A DNA stretch of 64,000 nucleotides from an uncultured Desulfarculus sp. (GCA_963665125.2 CAXXUK010000001.1:3616001-3680000); one strand, 5' to 3'. Shown: positions 32,237 to 42,531, counted from the stretch's first letter. Made by a program: numbers and translations. The notes: generated by a model not told the origin, from the sequence alone.

Positions 32237-33868
32237 TTACAGCTTTGTCAGCTTGAAAACTGAGAATTCTTTATTTCCTATCCGGTGTCTCACATAAATA
32301 TCCACATCAAAATTCCTTAGAATCATTTCCGACGGTGTATCGGTACAGTAATAGAACATCTGCATTTTTCCGGGTTTCAGTGTCTTTATGTCTTCTTCGT
32401 TTTGAATGAGAACTGTGGGAATACCTGATGCATAGCGGGTAAGAAGCACGGTATCTGGCCTTTCCGCTATCATCAGAACATTTTCGTCTTTCATAGGTAG
32501 TCTCTGATTCAGACTTCTAAGGGCATCAAAATCGAAACCATCCGGGTGGGTTATTTGCAGGAATGGGATGCTGAAATAAATTGATCCCAGAGTTCCCAGC
32601 AAAAGAATAAAAGTAACTCCTACCGAGAGTTTCTCAAATTTTGTTTTTCTCACCATATCCCAGATGCAATGGCATCCGTAAGACATGGCAAAGATTAACG
32701 GGAAATAGAGATGCAGTGAAAACCTATAGGCATCACTGCTGTTGCTGTTGGAGAAATCTCCAAAAGGAAAAGGTGCAAAGATGAAATAAAACAGTGCGAA
32801 CCAGCCCAGAAGTAAGTATCCCCTGAATCTGTCATCTTTCCTGAGGATTAGAAACAGGAATCCTGTTATTCCAAGAATTGTGTAAATAATAGGGTTCACC
32901 ATATTATGCCCCAATAAGAAAAGGAAATTGTTTTTCAGGTTTGCGAGGAAATTTTCCTGATTGGTTGCAAAGCCTTCTCTTTTTTCTATCTGAAATACAA
33001 AGTTTCTGTCTGGGTCACCGGCTCCTGAAGTCATAATTATAAGTACCAGGATGACATACACCAGAAGTATCAGGGCGGTGGCGTTTTTCGGGTCTTTCAG
33101 GAGTCTGAATTTACCATGGAAAAACAGTGGCAAAGGAAGCAGAAGATATAACATATTTTCAGGTCTGCAGTTGATCACCAGGCTGAGACTCAGAATCATT
33201 GCAAGAAATGTCTTGGGGGTTGGATAACGGAAATAGAAAAACAAAAGCGCAAGAAATGTGGCGATAAAGAACGCGGAGCAGATTTCTGCAGATGCGCAGC
33301 CTGTCAGTTTGATTGCCACCGGCAGAACAGACCAGAAAAAAGCACTCCATAATCCACAGGTTTCACCGGTTCCTTTGAATTTATCTCCTGCTGCGGGTTC
33401 TTCGAAGAAGAAGTATCCGGCGAAGAATGCCGGTATGGGGATGAAAATGGAAAGAACAATGGAAACATTTGCTGCTGCCTGATAATAGTTCTGGCTGATG
33501 AACCTGAACACAAAAGATAGAAGAACCGGCCAGAGTTGGGGGTAGGGGGGCAGAAATTTTGCCTCGCCCCAGGGTATGGCGGGAAAGCTCCGTTCTATGT
33601 AGGGAAAAGCCTGTCCTGTTTTAACCAGGTTTTGAGCGGTTGCCAGGTAAAGAAATTCATCATTGAACACATTCGGGAAAAATTTAACAAATGCATAACG
33701 TGCAAATACACCAATTATTATTATGGTGGCAAGCTTATAATATGTTCCTTCAGAGATGAAGGAAAACAATTTTCTGTTCTCCAGAAAAGACATCAGAACC
33801 GACACAACAAAACCTGCCAGCAGGATTATCATAAATAAATAGTATGTATTAACTAAAAAAGACTCCAA
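32237..33868 (-). CDS. Polytopic membrane protein, probable GT-C glycosyltransferase
   Basis: NDEFLYL motif after the first TM segments, RPE motif, many TM segments. Confidence 0.6.
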   Translation of the reverse strand: MESFLVNTYYLFMIILLAGFVVSVLMSFLENRKLFSFISEGTYYKLATIIIIGVFARYAFVKFFPNVFNDEFLYLATAQNLVKTGQAFPYIERSFPAIPWGEAKFLPPYPQLWPVLLSFVFRFISQNYYQAAANVSIVLSIFIPIPAFFAGYFFFEEPAAGDKFKGTGETCGLWSAFFWSVLPVAIKLTGCASAEICSAFFIATFLALLFFYFRYPTPKTFLAMILSLSLVINCRPENMLYLLLPLPLFFHGKFRLLKDPKNATALILLVYVILVLIIMTSGAGDPDRNFVFQIEKREGFATNQENFLANLKNNFLFLLGHNMVNPIIYTILGITGFLFLILRKDDRFRGYLLLGWFALFYFIFAPFPFGDFSNSNSSDAYRFSLHLYFPLIFAMSYGCHCIWDMVRKTKFEKLSVGVTFILLLGTLGSIYFSIPFLQITHPDGFDFDALRSLNQRLPMKDENVLMIAERPDTVLLTRYASGIPTVLIQNEEDIKTLKPGKMQMFYYCTDTPSEMILRNFDVDIYVRHRIGNKEFSVFKLTKL

Positions 33869-33923
33869 CGGAATCTTTCCTCCTTTATTTGATCATCATC
33901 GGAACAAAGATCTCATGCTATCT

Positions 33924-34002
33924 TGCAGGAGGGGCTTTCCAGTCCCGATTTTCCGCTTCAAATCTAATATTTCTTAATCGGGGCAGGAATGCCCTTCATG
34001 CA
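33924..34002. repeat. Inverted REP-like doublet
   Basis: tgcaggaggggctttccagtcccgatt ... aatcggggcaggaatgcccttcatgca. Confidence 0.6.
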
Positions 34003-34022
34003 GGAGATTGGAACAGAACTCA

Positions 34023-35435
34023 TTATTTCAACTTGAATAGATTCAAACCGGCCTGGGCTTTTCTCTTCAGTTCATCCAGAGATCCCAGTTGCCTGAGAGA
34101 TTTCAACATATAACCGGGACGCAGATAAAACGAATGATAGGCTTTTTTTAAGAGGTTTTCCAGTTCATCGGCGGTAAAATTTTCTTCCCAGTAAGGAACT
34201 TTGAAATCTTCAGTGGGGTTTTTCGCAAATTCCTTCCAATAATCCTTCTCCAATATACCCTTTTCCAGCGCTTCTTCGTAAAGCTTTGTTTTGGGCAGCG
34301 GCATGGTTATGGAATAATGAACGAAATCCGGGTTCAATCTGCCTGCAAATTTTATGGTTTCTTCAATTTCTTTCAGAGTTTCTCCGGGGTTGCCTATCAT
34401 GAAATCGGCATAGGTGGAAATACCGGCTTCTTTTGTCCATTTTATTGCTTTTTCAGCCTGATCAGGTGTGAAGCCTTTCTTCAAGTGAAGGAGCACTCTG
34501 TTATTCCCCGATTCAACTCCGAACTGGATCCTCCGGCATCCGGCTTTTTTCATCCAGCTCAACATCTCCGGATCAACAAGATCCACCCTGCATCTAACAT
34601 CCCAGAATATTTCAATGCCTTCGTCAATAACATTCCGGCAGAAATCGATAACCCTATGCCTATCTATGGTAAAAGTTTCATCAAAAAAGAAAAATTCACG
34701 GATTCCTAAGTCTATACATTCCCTGATTTCCCCCATCAGGTGGGGGACACTTCTGGGGCGATAACTTTTCCCTCCTGCTGTATAGCAGAAAGTGCAATGG
34801 TACGGACATCCCCGACTTCCCATTATGGTGGTGGAGCATGATTGTTTGCTCACTACTGATGCATAACGTTTCCAGGGGGTCAGTTTCCTGTCGGGATAGG
34901 GCAGAGAATCCAGATTCTCATGAATATAAGGCTTTGATATTCTGGTAAGCTTCGGTTCTCTTCCCATTACTCCTTCGATGGGCAGGAGCGATTCGTCTTT
35001 CGTTTCCAGATATTTCAGAAGATTAAAAAATGGCACTTCCCCTTCTCCTATAACCATATAGTTAAATTCAGGGAAAGCCATAGTTTCTTCAGGGAAAATA
35101 GAAGTGTGGGGACCCCCCACCACTATTTTAACCTCAGGATTGATCGAACTGGCCATCCGGGAAGTGTCCAGAACATCCGGGAGAGAATAGCTGATGGCAT
35201 GAATCCCCACAACATCGGGATTAAAGTTCTTGATTATTTCGCCCAATTCCTGCAAGGACAGTTTATCAAGTAAAGCATCGACAACTTTCACTTCGTAATT
35301 GCTATGCGCTCTGATATATCCGGCTATAGAAAGCAGACCCAGTGGCGGCAGATGTCCGACGCCTTGCTGAATGGCTTTCATGTATTCCGGAAGTACAATC
35401 CGGTTATGGTTGGGAGAGATTAAAAGAATTTTCAT
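34023..35435 (-). CDS. B12-binding domain radical SAM protein
   Basis: PPLGLL, GGPH, GEGE, SRGCPYHCTFC, GVESG. Confidence 0.92.
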   Translation of the reverse strand: MKILLISPNHNRIVLPEYMKAIQQGVGHLPPLGLLSIAGYIRAHSNYEVKVVDALLDKLSLQELGEIIKNFNPDVVGIHAISYSLPDVLDTSRMASSINPEVKIVVGGPHTSIFPEETMAFPEFNYMVIGEGEVPFFNLLKYLETKDESLLPIEGVMGREPKLTRISKPYIHENLDSLPYPDRKLTPWKRYASVVSKQSCSTTIMGSRGCPYHCTFCYTAGGKSYRPRSVPHLMGEIRECIDLGIREFFFFDETFTIDRHRVIDFCRNVIDEGIEIFWDVRCRVDLVDPEMLSWMKKAGCRRIQFGVESGNNRVLLHLKKGFTPDQAEKAIKWTKEAGISTYADFMIGNPGETLKEIEETIKFAGRLNPDFVHYSITMPLPKTKLYEEALEKGILEKDYWKEFAKNPTEDFKVPYWEENFTADELENLLKKAYHSFYLRPGYMLKSLRQLGSLDELKRKAQAGLNLFKLK

Positions 35436-35560
35436 AAATTACTGTTCATGGTAATATCTTTATATATAATAAAGCTTTTTTTTTACATTTTCAAGGGATA
35501 AATGGCAGTTCTTCAGAATTCATACAGTATTAATGACATTGAAACAATAGGAGGTTGGGT

Positions 35561-36334
35561 ATGATTGGGGCAATAGCCGGTGATATTGCAGGCTCCATAT
35601 ATGAACAGGGCTTAATTAAAACAAAGGAATTCCCTCTGTTCTCAGAAAAATGCCAGTTCACGGATGATACGGTTCATACTGTGGCGTTAGCGGAATCTAT
35701 CCTTACCGGTGTTCCTTATGTATTGAACCTGAAGAAATTCTACCGCCTGTATCCTTATGCAGGATACGGTTATAGTTTTCAAAGATGGGCAAAAAGCAGT
35801 AACTCCGAGCCTTATAATAGTTGGGGAAATGGGGCGGCTATGAGGATAAGCCCTGTTGGATTTGCTTATAATGATTTGCGGACGGTTCGCCAAAAAGCAG
35901 TGGAATTCACGGAAATCACCCACAACCATCCAGAGGCTTTAAAGGGAGCACAAGCTGTTGCCTCCGCCATATTTCTTTCCAGAGAGAAAGAATCTAAAGA
36001 TGAAATCAGGAAATACATTGAAGATACTTTCCAGTATAATCTGGGAATACATACAGATGAAATAAGAAAAACATACCGTTTTGATGTCTCATGTCAGGGG
36101 ACAGTTCCCCAGGCAATACGATCATTCATTGATTCCACCGATTATGAGGATGCCATCAGAATCGCCATTTCATTGGGAGGTGACAGTGATACCCTTGCCT
36201 GCATAACAGGAGGCATAGCCCAGGCATATTATGGAGGTATTCCTGAATTTGTGGAAAAGAAAGTCTTTGAATTCCTGGATGAAAGGTTGGGAGAAATAAC
36301 GAGGAAGTTCAGGGATGAATATTTAAAGGGGTAA
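35561..36334 (+). CDS. ADP-ribosylglycohydrolase (DraG/ARH family)
   Basis: GAIAGDIAGS, FTDDT, SWGNGAAMR, THNHPE, GGDSDT. ggagg RBS before ATG 35561. Confidence 0.93.
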   Translation: MIGAIAGDIAGSIYEQGLIKTKEFPLFSEKCQFTDDTVHTVALAESILTGVPYVLNLKKFYRLYPYAGYGYSFQRWAKSSNSEPYNSWGNGAAMRISPVGFAYNDLRTVRQKAVEFTEITHNHPEALKGAQAVASAIFLSREKESKDEIRKYIEDTFQYNLGIHTDEIRKTYRFDVSCQGTVPQAIRSFIDSTDYEDAIRIAISLGGDSDTLACITGGIAQAYYGGIPEFVEKKVFEFLDERLGEITRKFRDEYLKG

Positions 36335-36338
36335 TAAT

Positions 36339-38951
36339 ATGTGGGAACCGTTTAGCGAAAATGCCCGGAAAACAATGGTAATCGCCAATGAAGAGGCAAA
36401 CCGCCTGGGGAGCGGCGAGATTTTTGTGGAGCATATTCTTATGGGAATTCTGAGGTTGCCTGAATCCAATGCTGTCAAAATCATAAGAAACCTGGGAGCG
36501 GATCCCCGAGAGATAAGGGCCGAACTGGACAAACTGATTCCCGTGGAAGAGAGACCCCCACAAAAACAGAATAACTTTTCCCGCGGAGCTAAACGTTGCC
36601 TGGAGTTGGCATTTGAGGAAGCACGGCTTCTGGGCTTCCACTATCTGGGAACAGAGCATATTCTCCTTGCTATATTAAGACTGGAAGAAGGGATTGCCGC
36701 TTATGTTCTTTCAAACGGAGGATTAACCCTTGACAAAGCCAGGGAAAAAGCTGAAATGCTGTTGCTTAATCGTAACGAAGGAACAGAGACTCATGACAGA
36801 GGGATGCAGGATAAAACCTCAATGTTTATGGGAAGAAAACGGGATGATGATGAAAATCAGGAAATGGTGTTGGATGAAGTCTCAAAGTCTGTTTTTTCCG
36901 AGAACTTACATAAAGTTATAAATATTGCCCGTGAGGAAGCTCACAACAGGGGAAGCGGTTTTATTGAGATGGAAGATTTGCTGGTTGGAATTGCAGAAGT
37001 TCCCGATTGTAGAGCATCCATTATCCTTGTGGAAAGGGGCTTTGTTATAGACCATCTTGTCCCGAAATCTGCAGAACATCTTCGCCACCAGGGCGGGATA
37101 ATGAAAGAGAACATTGTCTTTTCGAATAAATCAAGAGAAGTCCTGAAACTTGCCGTTGAAGAATTTAATAATTTCCCGGCTGAACATCTGGGAACAGAGC
37201 ACCTTCTCCTGGGGTTGATTGCCGAGGGTGGAGGTGAGAGTATTGCCGGGAAAATTCTCAGTGATACCGAAAGAAAATTACTTGATATATATGATATCCA
37301 GGATATTGTGGAGAAAAATACCAAGCCCATCTTTGTTGATGAGAAAAAGCAGTATTATAACAGTAATGGACAGAAAATGGAGATGAAATCTCCACCTTTG
37401 GTAAAAGTGGATGCAATGATGGAATCATTGACGGAAAAGGATTCAAAAGCAGCCGGTAAGTATGAAGATTTACCTGTTAAAATCCACCCACTGGAAACCT
37501 ACTGTGTCAACCTCACCAAAAAAGCAGCTTCAGGCGGCTGGGACCCCGTAACCGGCAGGCAGTATGAAATCGACAGAATCATACAGATTCTCTCCCGTTA
37601 TTCCCGGAACAACCCCCTGCTGATAAGCCCGTCTCAAACATCGGTGCGGGCTGTGGTGAAGGGGCTTGCGCAGAGGATCGTCTCCGGCGATGTGCCTGAT
37701 TTCCTGAAGAATAAAAGGTTCCTTTCGCTGGATATGGAGGAAATGCTCGTTTCCAATCCTTCCAGGGATTTATTGGAAGAACAGATGCGGAGGATACTGA
37801 ATGATTTGAAGATTTCCGGGGGAATTCTTCTCTTCATCCCCGACATTTATCACATCTTCGGACCCTGTGGTGTAAATTCCGCCATCTACCTGCCCCTGGT
37901 TATGAAATCCATGCTCTCCTGCGGCAATATTCAATGCATCTGTTCCACCGGTTCCCACAATTACATAAACCACATCCGCCATGACCCCGTTCTCGACCGC
38001 TGCTTTTTCCCCATAGAAATGAAGGAAGCAAACCTGAATGAAACTATGGAGATTCTGAAGAGCTTCCGCCCTGTTCTGGAACAGCATTACCATGCTATGA
38101 TTGATGATGAAACCCTTCTTCTTTCCGTCAGGCTTGCGGAGAGATACATTAAAGAGGGTATTCTCCCGGAAAAAGCCATCGACCTCATTGAAGAAACATC
38201 TTCAAGGATGTTCGGTCCCTTAATGAAGTCTCAGGGCATAAACCGGGAGATGGCGGAGCTGGAGAAGCTGTTGGATGAAACGAAGGAGAAGAAGGCTCAT
38301 GTGGAAGCTGCGATGGAATCCTTTATCGGTGATAATTGGGATAAGGATAAATCAGACTATTTTGCTGATAAGATAAAGTTCTTTTCAGGACGGATGAAAG
38401 AACTGGAAGAGGAGGAAAAGCATTACGGGATACAGTTGTATGAAATGAAAAAGGACCTTGTACTGCAGGAAAGTAAGGAAAAGGGCATTGTCAGGGACAT
38501 TTCCTTCAGTGATATTGTGGAAACGGCGGGGATAAAATTTGATGTCCTCCTCTGCAATTATTCCGGGGAAAGCAAATTCCTGAATGAAATCGCCGTGAAA
38601 CTCGAAGAAAAGGGAATAAAAGCCTGGACGGGCGAGTGTCATATCCCGCCGGGAAGATGCAGGATGGATGAGATGGAGCTTGTTTTGCCCCTGGTAAAAA
38701 CCCTTACGGTTACGGTGGGAAATGAGACCATTCCGGGGGATGAAAAAGCTGAGACGGAAGAACTTCTCCGGAAATTTGCGGATAAAGGTAAACCGGTAAT
38801 CCCCGTAATCTTATCTGAAACGGAAGGCGATCCTGAGATTCCGGAAATCCTGAAAAACCTAAAACCGGTGGACTTCCGGAAAGAAACCCCTGACCCGTGG
38901 GAAGAACTGCTCTGGGGGATACGGGGTAAGCGGGAAAAGAGTAAAGAGTAA
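36339..38951 (+). CDS. Fusion of two Clp-N domains, a degenerate ClpA/B/C-type AAA+ domain, a coiled coil and a C-terminal TIR-like domain
   Basis: Four Clp-repeat motifs (VEHI, GTEHI, MEDL, GTEHL), DPVTGRQYEI and LPEKAIDLIEE. The C-terminus FDVLLC...GIKAW...PVIPVIL...VDFR...WGI matches the TIR_2 pattern. Confidence 0.75.
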   Translation: MWEPFSENARKTMVIANEEANRLGSGEIFVEHILMGILRLPESNAVKIIRNLGADPREIRAELDKLIPVEERPPQKQNNFSRGAKRCLELAFEEARLLGFHYLGTEHILLAILRLEEGIAAYVLSNGGLTLDKAREKAEMLLLNRNEGTETHDRGMQDKTSMFMGRKRDDDENQEMVLDEVSKSVFSENLHKVINIAREEAHNRGSGFIEMEDLLVGIAEVPDCRASIILVERGFVIDHLVPKSAEHLRHQGGIMKENIVFSNKSREVLKLAVEEFNNFPAEHLGTEHLLLGLIAEGGGESIAGKILSDTERKLLDIYDIQDIVEKNTKPIFVDEKKQYYNSNGQKMEMKSPPLVKVDAMMESLTEKDSKAAGKYEDLPVKIHPLETYCVNLTKKAASGGWDPVTGRQYEIDRIIQILSRYSRNNPLLISPSQTSVRAVVKGLAQRIVSGDVPDFLKNKRFLSLDMEEMLVSNPSRDLLEEQMRRILNDLKISGGILLFIPDIYHIFGPCGVNSAIYLPLVMKSMLSCGNIQCICSTGSHNYINHIRHDPVLDRCFFPIEMKEANLNETMEILKSFRPVLEQHYHAMIDDETLLLSVRLAERYIKEGILPEKAIDLIEETSSRMFGPLMKSQGINREMAELEKLLDETKEKKAHVEAAMESFIGDNWDKDKSDYFADKIKFFSGRMKELEEEEKHYGIQLYEMKKDLVLQESKEKGIVRDISFSDIVETAGIKFDVLLCNYSGESKFLNEIAVKLEEKGIKAWTGECHIPPGRCRMDEMELVLPLVKTLTVTVGNETIPGDEKAETEELLRKFADKGKPVIPVILSETEGDPEIPEILKNLKPVDFRKETPDPWEELLWGIRGKREKSKE

Positions 38952-39020
38952 AGGGGAAAGAGGAAAGAGGAAAGAGGAAAGAGGAAAGAGGAAAGAGGAA
39001 AGGCGAAAAGGGAAAGGGGA
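38933..39020. repeat. Heptanucleotide tandem repeat (AGGAAAG)n
   Basis: Six perfect copies at 38961-39002 plus degenerate copies on both sides. Confidence 0.9.
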
Positions 39021-39024
39021 ATAT

Positions 39025-39449
39025 TTTACCGCAGAGGCACAGAGGGCACGGAGAGAAAAAATACAGGAACTATATTGTGCTGCAACCAATGCATGAGATG
39101 CCTCCTGTCCCGATTCCCGGTTTAAATGGATGCCAAATCTCAACAAGGGGAGAGAAATTCACCGCAGAGGCACAGAGGGCACGGAGAGAAAAAATACAGG
39201 AACTATATCGTGCCGCAACCAATGCAGGAGATGCCTCCAGCCCCGATTCACGGTTTAATAGATGCCAAATCTCAACAGGGCGGAGAGAAATTCACCGCAG
39301 AGGCACAGAGGGTACGGAGAGAAAAAATACAGGAACTATATTGTGCCGCAACCAATGCAGGAGATGCCTCCAGCCCCGATTCACGGTTTAATGGATGCCA
39401 AATCTCAACAGGGGGGAGAAATTCACCGCAGAGGCACAGATTCACAGAG
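39025..39449. repeat. Tandem repeat of ~133 bp, three copies plus a partial
   Basis: accgcagaggcacaga occurs at 39028, 39161, 39294 and 39425. The whole unit is conserved. Confidence 0.9.
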
Positions 39450-39553
39450 ACCAAAGAGGAAAAACAACCTCTGTAAATATCGTCGTGGCTATGAGATTCT
39501 CTCACCGGTTCAGAATAGTATCTACCTTCGTTCTGCTATTGGGGGTGATATAA

Positions 39554-40137
39554 ATGGAAAACGAAACATCCGGCTTCAAGGAAACACCAGGCTTCAAGGA
39601 AACACCCGGCCCCCTGCAAAGGAAGCTGCGTGTAATTGGAGTCACAATTGCATTTCTTATCTTTGTTATCATATTTCCATTTGCTCTTTATCTGTTTTCC
39701 AGATTTATCATTTTTCACGAATCTCTTATTCATATTGGTGCTAAATTCAACAATTATGCAATGGTGGAATTTCTTCTTAAAAATGGTGCTGATCCCAATG
39801 TAAAGAGCAAATCCCTGGAATTCACCCCCTTCATTTTGCCTCTCAAAAGGGCAATGTCCCTATTATGAAACTCCTCATCCGGCATGGGGCGGATTTGAAC
39901 CCCGTGGATTTGGATAATTATCTCGCTCCCATACATTACGCCATTGCCTCGAACAACAAAGATGCTGTTCAATTGCTTATTGATAAAGGGGCCGAAGTTA
40001 ACCCCGAAAGGGGCAAAGTCCGGAGTCTCCCGCTGGATTATGCAAAAAGGATGGGGAATAAGGAAATTATTGATATGCTGATAAAGGCAGGCGCCAGGGG
40101 TGAGCAAGAGGAAGAGGCGGGTAATGAGAGGAAATAG
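39554..40137 (+). pseudogene. Membrane-anchored ankyrin-repeat protein split by a 1-bp frameshift
   Basis: Adding one C to the C5 run at 39825-39829 gives FTPLHFASQKGNVPIMKLLIRHGAD and joins ORFs 39554..39868 and 39865..40137. Confidence 0.75.
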
Positions 40138-40163
40138 ATGAAAAAAAGGGAAGGTGATTACCC

Positions 40164-41687
40164 ATGAAAACAGATAACCCTGAAACCGGCATAACCCATC
40201 ACATAAAAACCTACAACGAGGGGCTTATCGTTTACCTTTACGACGATTCCCTCCTGGATAAACTGGCTTACTACAAGGACTTACCCACCCTGCTGGAATC
40301 CCACAAGGGCACCCGGTTCAGGAGGGTCTCCCAGTCGGGCACAATTGTCGCCTACGAGCTGATGCAGGATGATTCTCTCAGCATAGTGGTGAAAACGGGT
40401 CTTCCCCTTACAAAGGAGGAGATGGAGGAAATCTGTGTCCATCCCCCATTGACGGCATATCTGAGAATTCCATCGGGAAAGCTTGCCGTGGAATGTGCCA
40501 ACAGTTTCAGGCTCGACCCCGACTTTGAAGGCGAACCGCCGGAGGAAGGTGCTGTGGTGGAAGTGCCTCCGGGAGAATATATTGTTCATATCCATCATAT
40601 TGACCTCTCCCTGCTTCCCTCCAATGAGAGCGGCAACTACCGGGGCCCCCTGCAGTTTATCGTCCTCACCCCTGCGGATCCCTCCGATTTCCCCTCGACG
40701 AAGAATGCCTGGCTTCCTTACAAGGTTAAGAAGAAATCCGCCAAAAAGAAGAAATTCGACCTATCATGGGTGGGGCAATATACTATAGATGATGGTGTTT
40801 TCAACGGGCAGTTTGTGAAATGCCACAATATTAATGACCCCTGCATCAACCTGGACAGGAGTGCTGAACTGAAGATGGGTCTCAGGCTGGGAGCGGGAAT
40901 ACTGGTGGAATATGAAAATGTGAAGATGAATATGGTTTTCCTGAGCCGCCTCGACCGGATAGATTACGAGATGTTTTACGGCACTGACGCCCGGAAGAAG
41001 ATTGAGCGCATCTCGAAAGTGAGAATCTATAACGACAGAGACGGGAAGGAAAAACTGCTGTTCTCCCACCTTGTGGGAAAAGACCAGTATAATTTCATAA
41101 AGGGAATTCCCAGAGAGGGAACGCCTGTCAAAATCACTGTTACATCACCTCCGGATATCCCGATTATGGATTTATCCCTGCTGGAAAAATGGTCGGTAAA
41201 TGACGAAATAATCTCCGGTGAAATTCTGACGATTACCTCGATGTCAGTCGCCGTAAATATACCTCCTGAAGCCTTCGAAAAGATAAATGCAGTGGAGGGG
41301 GAAAGGTTCCTTCTTGAACTGGGAAAGACAAAGCACACATTTCATTACATGGTTCCTAATAGTAAATTAACTCCGGGAGATGACGGCAGGCTTCTCATCA
41401 TTCAAAGCCAGGTGAAGAAGGTGGAGAGGGGATATATAGATGTAATAGCGGGCGAAACCACACAATATCCCGATGATGAGTGGGAGAAGCTCGTGGGTAT
41501 GCTTCATCCGCCGGAAGAATACCCGTGGGTTGGTGAATTCCGTGAATACTGGGAAGCGCCGGAGCATAAGGTTCTCATATTGCAGCCCCTGCCTATAAGA
41601 GAACTGGTGGGAACCCGCTATACCCTGGTACCACATGAACAGGTGGGAGGGGAAGTGAGGATTTGTAAGATGGGGAGTGAGAGGTGA
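40164..41687 (+). CDS. Hypothetical protein
   Basis: 507-aa ORF with aaggtga RBS. No family recognised. Confidence 0.75.
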   Translation: MKTDNPETGITHHIKTYNEGLIVYLYDDSLLDKLAYYKDLPTLLESHKGTRFRRVSQSGTIVAYELMQDDSLSIVVKTGLPLTKEEMEEICVHPPLTAYLRIPSGKLAVECANSFRLDPDFEGEPPEEGAVVEVPPGEYIVHIHHIDLSLLPSNESGNYRGPLQFIVLTPADPSDFPSTKNAWLPYKVKKKSAKKKKFDLSWVGQYTIDDGVFNGQFVKCHNINDPCINLDRSAELKMGLRLGAGILVEYENVKMNMVFLSRLDRIDYEMFYGTDARKKIERISKVRIYNDRDGKEKLLFSHLVGKDQYNFIKGIPREGTPVKITVTSPPDIPIMDLSLLEKWSVNDEIISGEILTITSMSVAVNIPPEAFEKINAVEGERFLLELGKTKHTFHYMVPNSKLTPGDDGRLLIIQSQVKKVERGYIDVIAGETTQYPDDEWEKLVGMLHPPEEYPWVGEFREYWEAPEHKVLILQPLPIRELVGTRYTLVPHEQVGGEVRICKMGSER

Positions 41688-41782
41688 GAAGTGGGAATGG
41701 GAGATTTATCACAGAGACACAGAAGGCACAAAGAGTAAATTTTGATGGGTAAGGATCTGCTTTTTGAAAGGAGTTTAGTTTA

Positions 41783-42367
41783 ATGAAGAGATCAGGTGTT
41801 TTTTCGAAAGAACTGAAATTAATAGTAAATCAGGGATTTCGAGCGTTTTGTACCGATTTATGCGAATATTTCCCGGATTATTTTTTCGTCAAACCGGCTT
41901 CATCGACGGGTAAATACCATCCAGATTCCAGCAATGTCCGGGGTGGTTTGGTTAATCATACGAAGGCTGCTGTATGGATAGCCGTTCATCGTATGGTTCC
42001 GGGAGCTTTGTATAGTAAATTTAGTTCGGAGAATCAGGATATTATAATAGCTTCCCTTATATTTCATGATATGGTGAAGTATGGCAATCCCAGGGCGAAT
42101 GCAGAATATACGGACGGAAGGCATCCCTTGTTGGTGCGCGCCTATGTGGAATCTTGCATCGAGAAAAATACCGGAAAATATTCTTCTGAAGTTTTAGATA
42201 TGGTGGAAAAAATGCTGGTTACCATTGAGTGTCATCATGGAAATTGGAGAAATTTATACGGATCAGATGAAAAGTTGCCTGAGATGCAGAATTCTTTGCA
42301 TAGGTTCGTTCATGAGTGTGATTATCTGTCCAGTTGCAAGCTGTTTAATTTTACAGGCAACCGGTAA
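41783..42367 (+). CDS. HD-domain phosphohydrolase of the type often seen in phages
   Basis: PASSTGKYHP, GGLVNHT, FHDMVKYG, HP, HHG, CDYLSS. Confidence 0.8.
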   Translation: MKRSGVFSKELKLIVNQGFRAFCTDLCEYFPDYFFVKPASSTGKYHPDSSNVRGGLVNHTKAAVWIAVHRMVPGALYSKFSSENQDIIIASLIFHDMVKYGNPRANAEYTDGRHPLLVRAYVESCIEKNTGKYSSEVLDMVEKMLVTIECHHGNWRNLYGSDEKLPEMQNSLHRFVHECDYLSSCKLFNFTGNR

Positions 42368-42531
42368 ATATATAGCATGTAATTTTGTTTTTTTTATTTA
42401 TGTGTGGATTTTTAGTTTTATATATGTTATAATAAATACTGAACAAAAAATTGTTTGCTGATGTATAAGCCAATATAAAAAAATTCAATAACTGAATTCA
42501 GGCAGATAAAATTTTACAGGGGGGGGTTACT

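Noticed and set aside
39025..39449. CRISPR array
   Set aside because: The whole 133-bp unit is conserved with no unique spacers, and there are no cas genes in the window.
39077..39744. ORFs over the tandem array
   Set aside because: They are translations of the non-coding repeat in several frames, with no RBS or family signal.
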